Positions 62,958 to 64,000 of a DNA stretch of 64,000 nt are shown here, piece by piece. The notes beneath the pieces were generated by a model, which saw only the letters and a list, made by a program, of their open reading frames with translations, was not told where the DNA came from and ran no database searches. A program made the translations under genes and the position numbers. How positions within the stretch are numbered: position 1 is the first letter of the stretch; the number at the start of each line of letters is the position of its first letter. The stretch is from Clostridia bacterium (GTDB taxonomy: Bacteria > Bacillota > Clostridia > Oscillospirales > CAG-272), in NCBI GenBank assembly GCA_017462795.1, contig JAFTQL010000035.1, positions 62,360-126,359 on the forward strand. Direction: 5' to 3'.

Positions 62958-64000
62958 TTATATCTCGCGAATATGGTAAACTACAGAAATATAGTCCTCA
63001 TTGGGAAAATGGATAACCATTCCCGCATTCATCAGCGTAGCGCCGCTGGCGGTAATGTCACGCTCGGCTATTCTGTACATTTTCCGCTTATCAAGCCCGC
63101 TCAGTCTTATTCTTTTGATCTCGGGATTGGCGTTTGTCTGACGTCTGTAGGCGCAAAGAATTGCCTCGCTCTTATCCTTGGAGACAACCATCTCGGTAAA
63201 GAAATTGCTCTCAAAGGGGTTATCTATGCGGTAAAGATCTCCGCGAAGTATAAGCTCCTCGGTTTGCTTGTATTCCTCCACCTGCTTTCCGATGTTCTCA
63301 ATCTCCTCCGCACTGAGCTTTGTGGTATCAAGCTCATATCCCGTTGCGCCAAGGTGAGCTATATCCGCTCTTGTAGACATCTTTGTCACCCTGTTGTTCT
63401 GGTGATTGGGAACGGTCGATATATGACAGCTCATGGATGACAGAGGATATATCAGCGACGTACTGTACTGTATCCTTGTCCTGTCCTCGGCGTCACTGTT
63501 GTCCGATGTCCATATCTGAGGGAAATAATACAGTATTCCGCCATCAAACCTCGCGCCTCCCGAAGAACAGCCCTCAAAGAAAACATTGGGATTGGCATTC
63601 ACTATTCGCTCGCAAAGATCATAAAGACCGAGCGCGTATCTGTGGGCAAACTCCGCCTGCCTGTCCGCCTCTCTGCCAACGGAATATACATCCGTTACGT
63701 GCCTGTTACAGTCCCATTTTACGTAATCTATATTATTATCCCTGATAACACTGTTGACGGTATTCACTATATAGTCGCGGACATCCTCACGGGTAATATC
63801 AAGCACGAACTGATGTCTTGTATAACAACGCTCTCTCGTGGGCATTCCTATAGCGTAATCGGGATGCTCACGAAACAGGTCGGAATCCTCGCTTACCATC
63901 TCGGGCTCAAACCAAAGTCCGAACCTCATCTCCTTTGAATGCACATACTCAACTATGGCTTTAAGGCCGCCCACAAGCTTATTCCCGTTTACCTTCCAGT
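62958..64000 (-). CDS. GH36 alpha-galactosidase, 3' part; gene continues past the window end
   Basis: The frame stays open upstream of the track's GTG to position 64000 (..WKVNGNKLVGGLKAIVEYVH). MRFGLWFEPEMV, DYVKWDCNR and FEGCSSGGARFD are GH36 hallmarks. Confidence 0.8.
   Translation of the reverse strand, partial: WKVNGNKLVGGLKAIVEYVHSKEMRFGLWFEPEMVSEDSDLFREHPDYAIGMPTRERCYTRHQFVLDITREDVRDYIVNTVNSVIRDNNIDYVKWDCNRHVTDVYSVGREADRQAEFAHRYALGLYDLCERIVNANPNVFFEGCSSGGARFDGGILYYFPQIWTSDNSDAEDRTRIQYSTSLIYPLSSMSCHISTVPNHQNNRVTKMSTRADIAHLGATGYELDTTKLSAEEIENIGKQVEEYKQTEELILRGDLYRIDNPFESNFFTEMVVSKDKSEAILCAYRRQTNANPEIKRIRLSGLDKRKMYRIAERDITASGATLMNAGMVIHFPNEDYISVVYHIREI

Noticed and set aside
1-64000. Search for rRNA, tRNA, riboswitch-like leaders, transposases, integrases, phage genes, toxin-antitoxin or known defence-system genes
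   Set aside because: Nothing convincing was seen by eye in the intergenic regions or ORF translations. I cannot run covariance models, so small ncRNAs may have been missed.

Overview
Gene-dense 64-kb carbohydrate-utilisation region with about 53 protein genes, roughly 80% of them on the minus strand. I saw no rRNA, tRNA, CRISPR, transposase or integrase. It has Gram-positive, Clostridia-like hallmarks: AGGAGG-type RBSs, sigma-A consensus promoters and lipobox lipoproteins.

Recognisable content:
- Signal-less glycosidases: a GH63-like/SGNH fusion, GH65 with beta-phosphoglucomutase, GH127-like, GH78, GH10, GH16, GH5-like and a partial GH36.
- Repeated SDR / MBL-fold / enolase-superfamily sugar-acid modules.
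- Two Gfo/Idh/MocA paralogues.
- A kinase-isomerase-aldolase-DUF4432 operon.
- Two GDPD phosphodiesterases.
- Five AraC-type regulators (one with a PocR sensor domain) and one LysR.
- No membrane permease of any kind.

The stand-out feature is three diverged, re-ordered copies of one six-part module: cassette A 8899-16174, cassette B 27852-34683, cassette C 39418-47093. Each cassette holds:
- an orphan solute-binding-type lipoprotein;
- a secreted protein with a C-terminal GGC[GN]S + TM + Lys/Arg tail;
- a secreted paralogue of that protein which ends in a shared ~100-aa module instead;
- an unannotated 42-48 aa ORF with a conserved N-terminal motif;
- an exported EEP-fold phosphoesterase lipoprotein;
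- a signal-less EEP paralogue.
I do not recognise this combination as a described system.

Other observations:
- Two genes with intact paralogues in the window each carry one in-frame stop (TAG at 40033-40035, TGA at 53656-53658).
- A 2 x 111-bp intergenic tandem repeat lies at 51615-51836.
- Two near-identical consensus promoters flank one Gfo/Idh/MocA gene.

All functional calls come from reading motifs in the translations. No database search was run.
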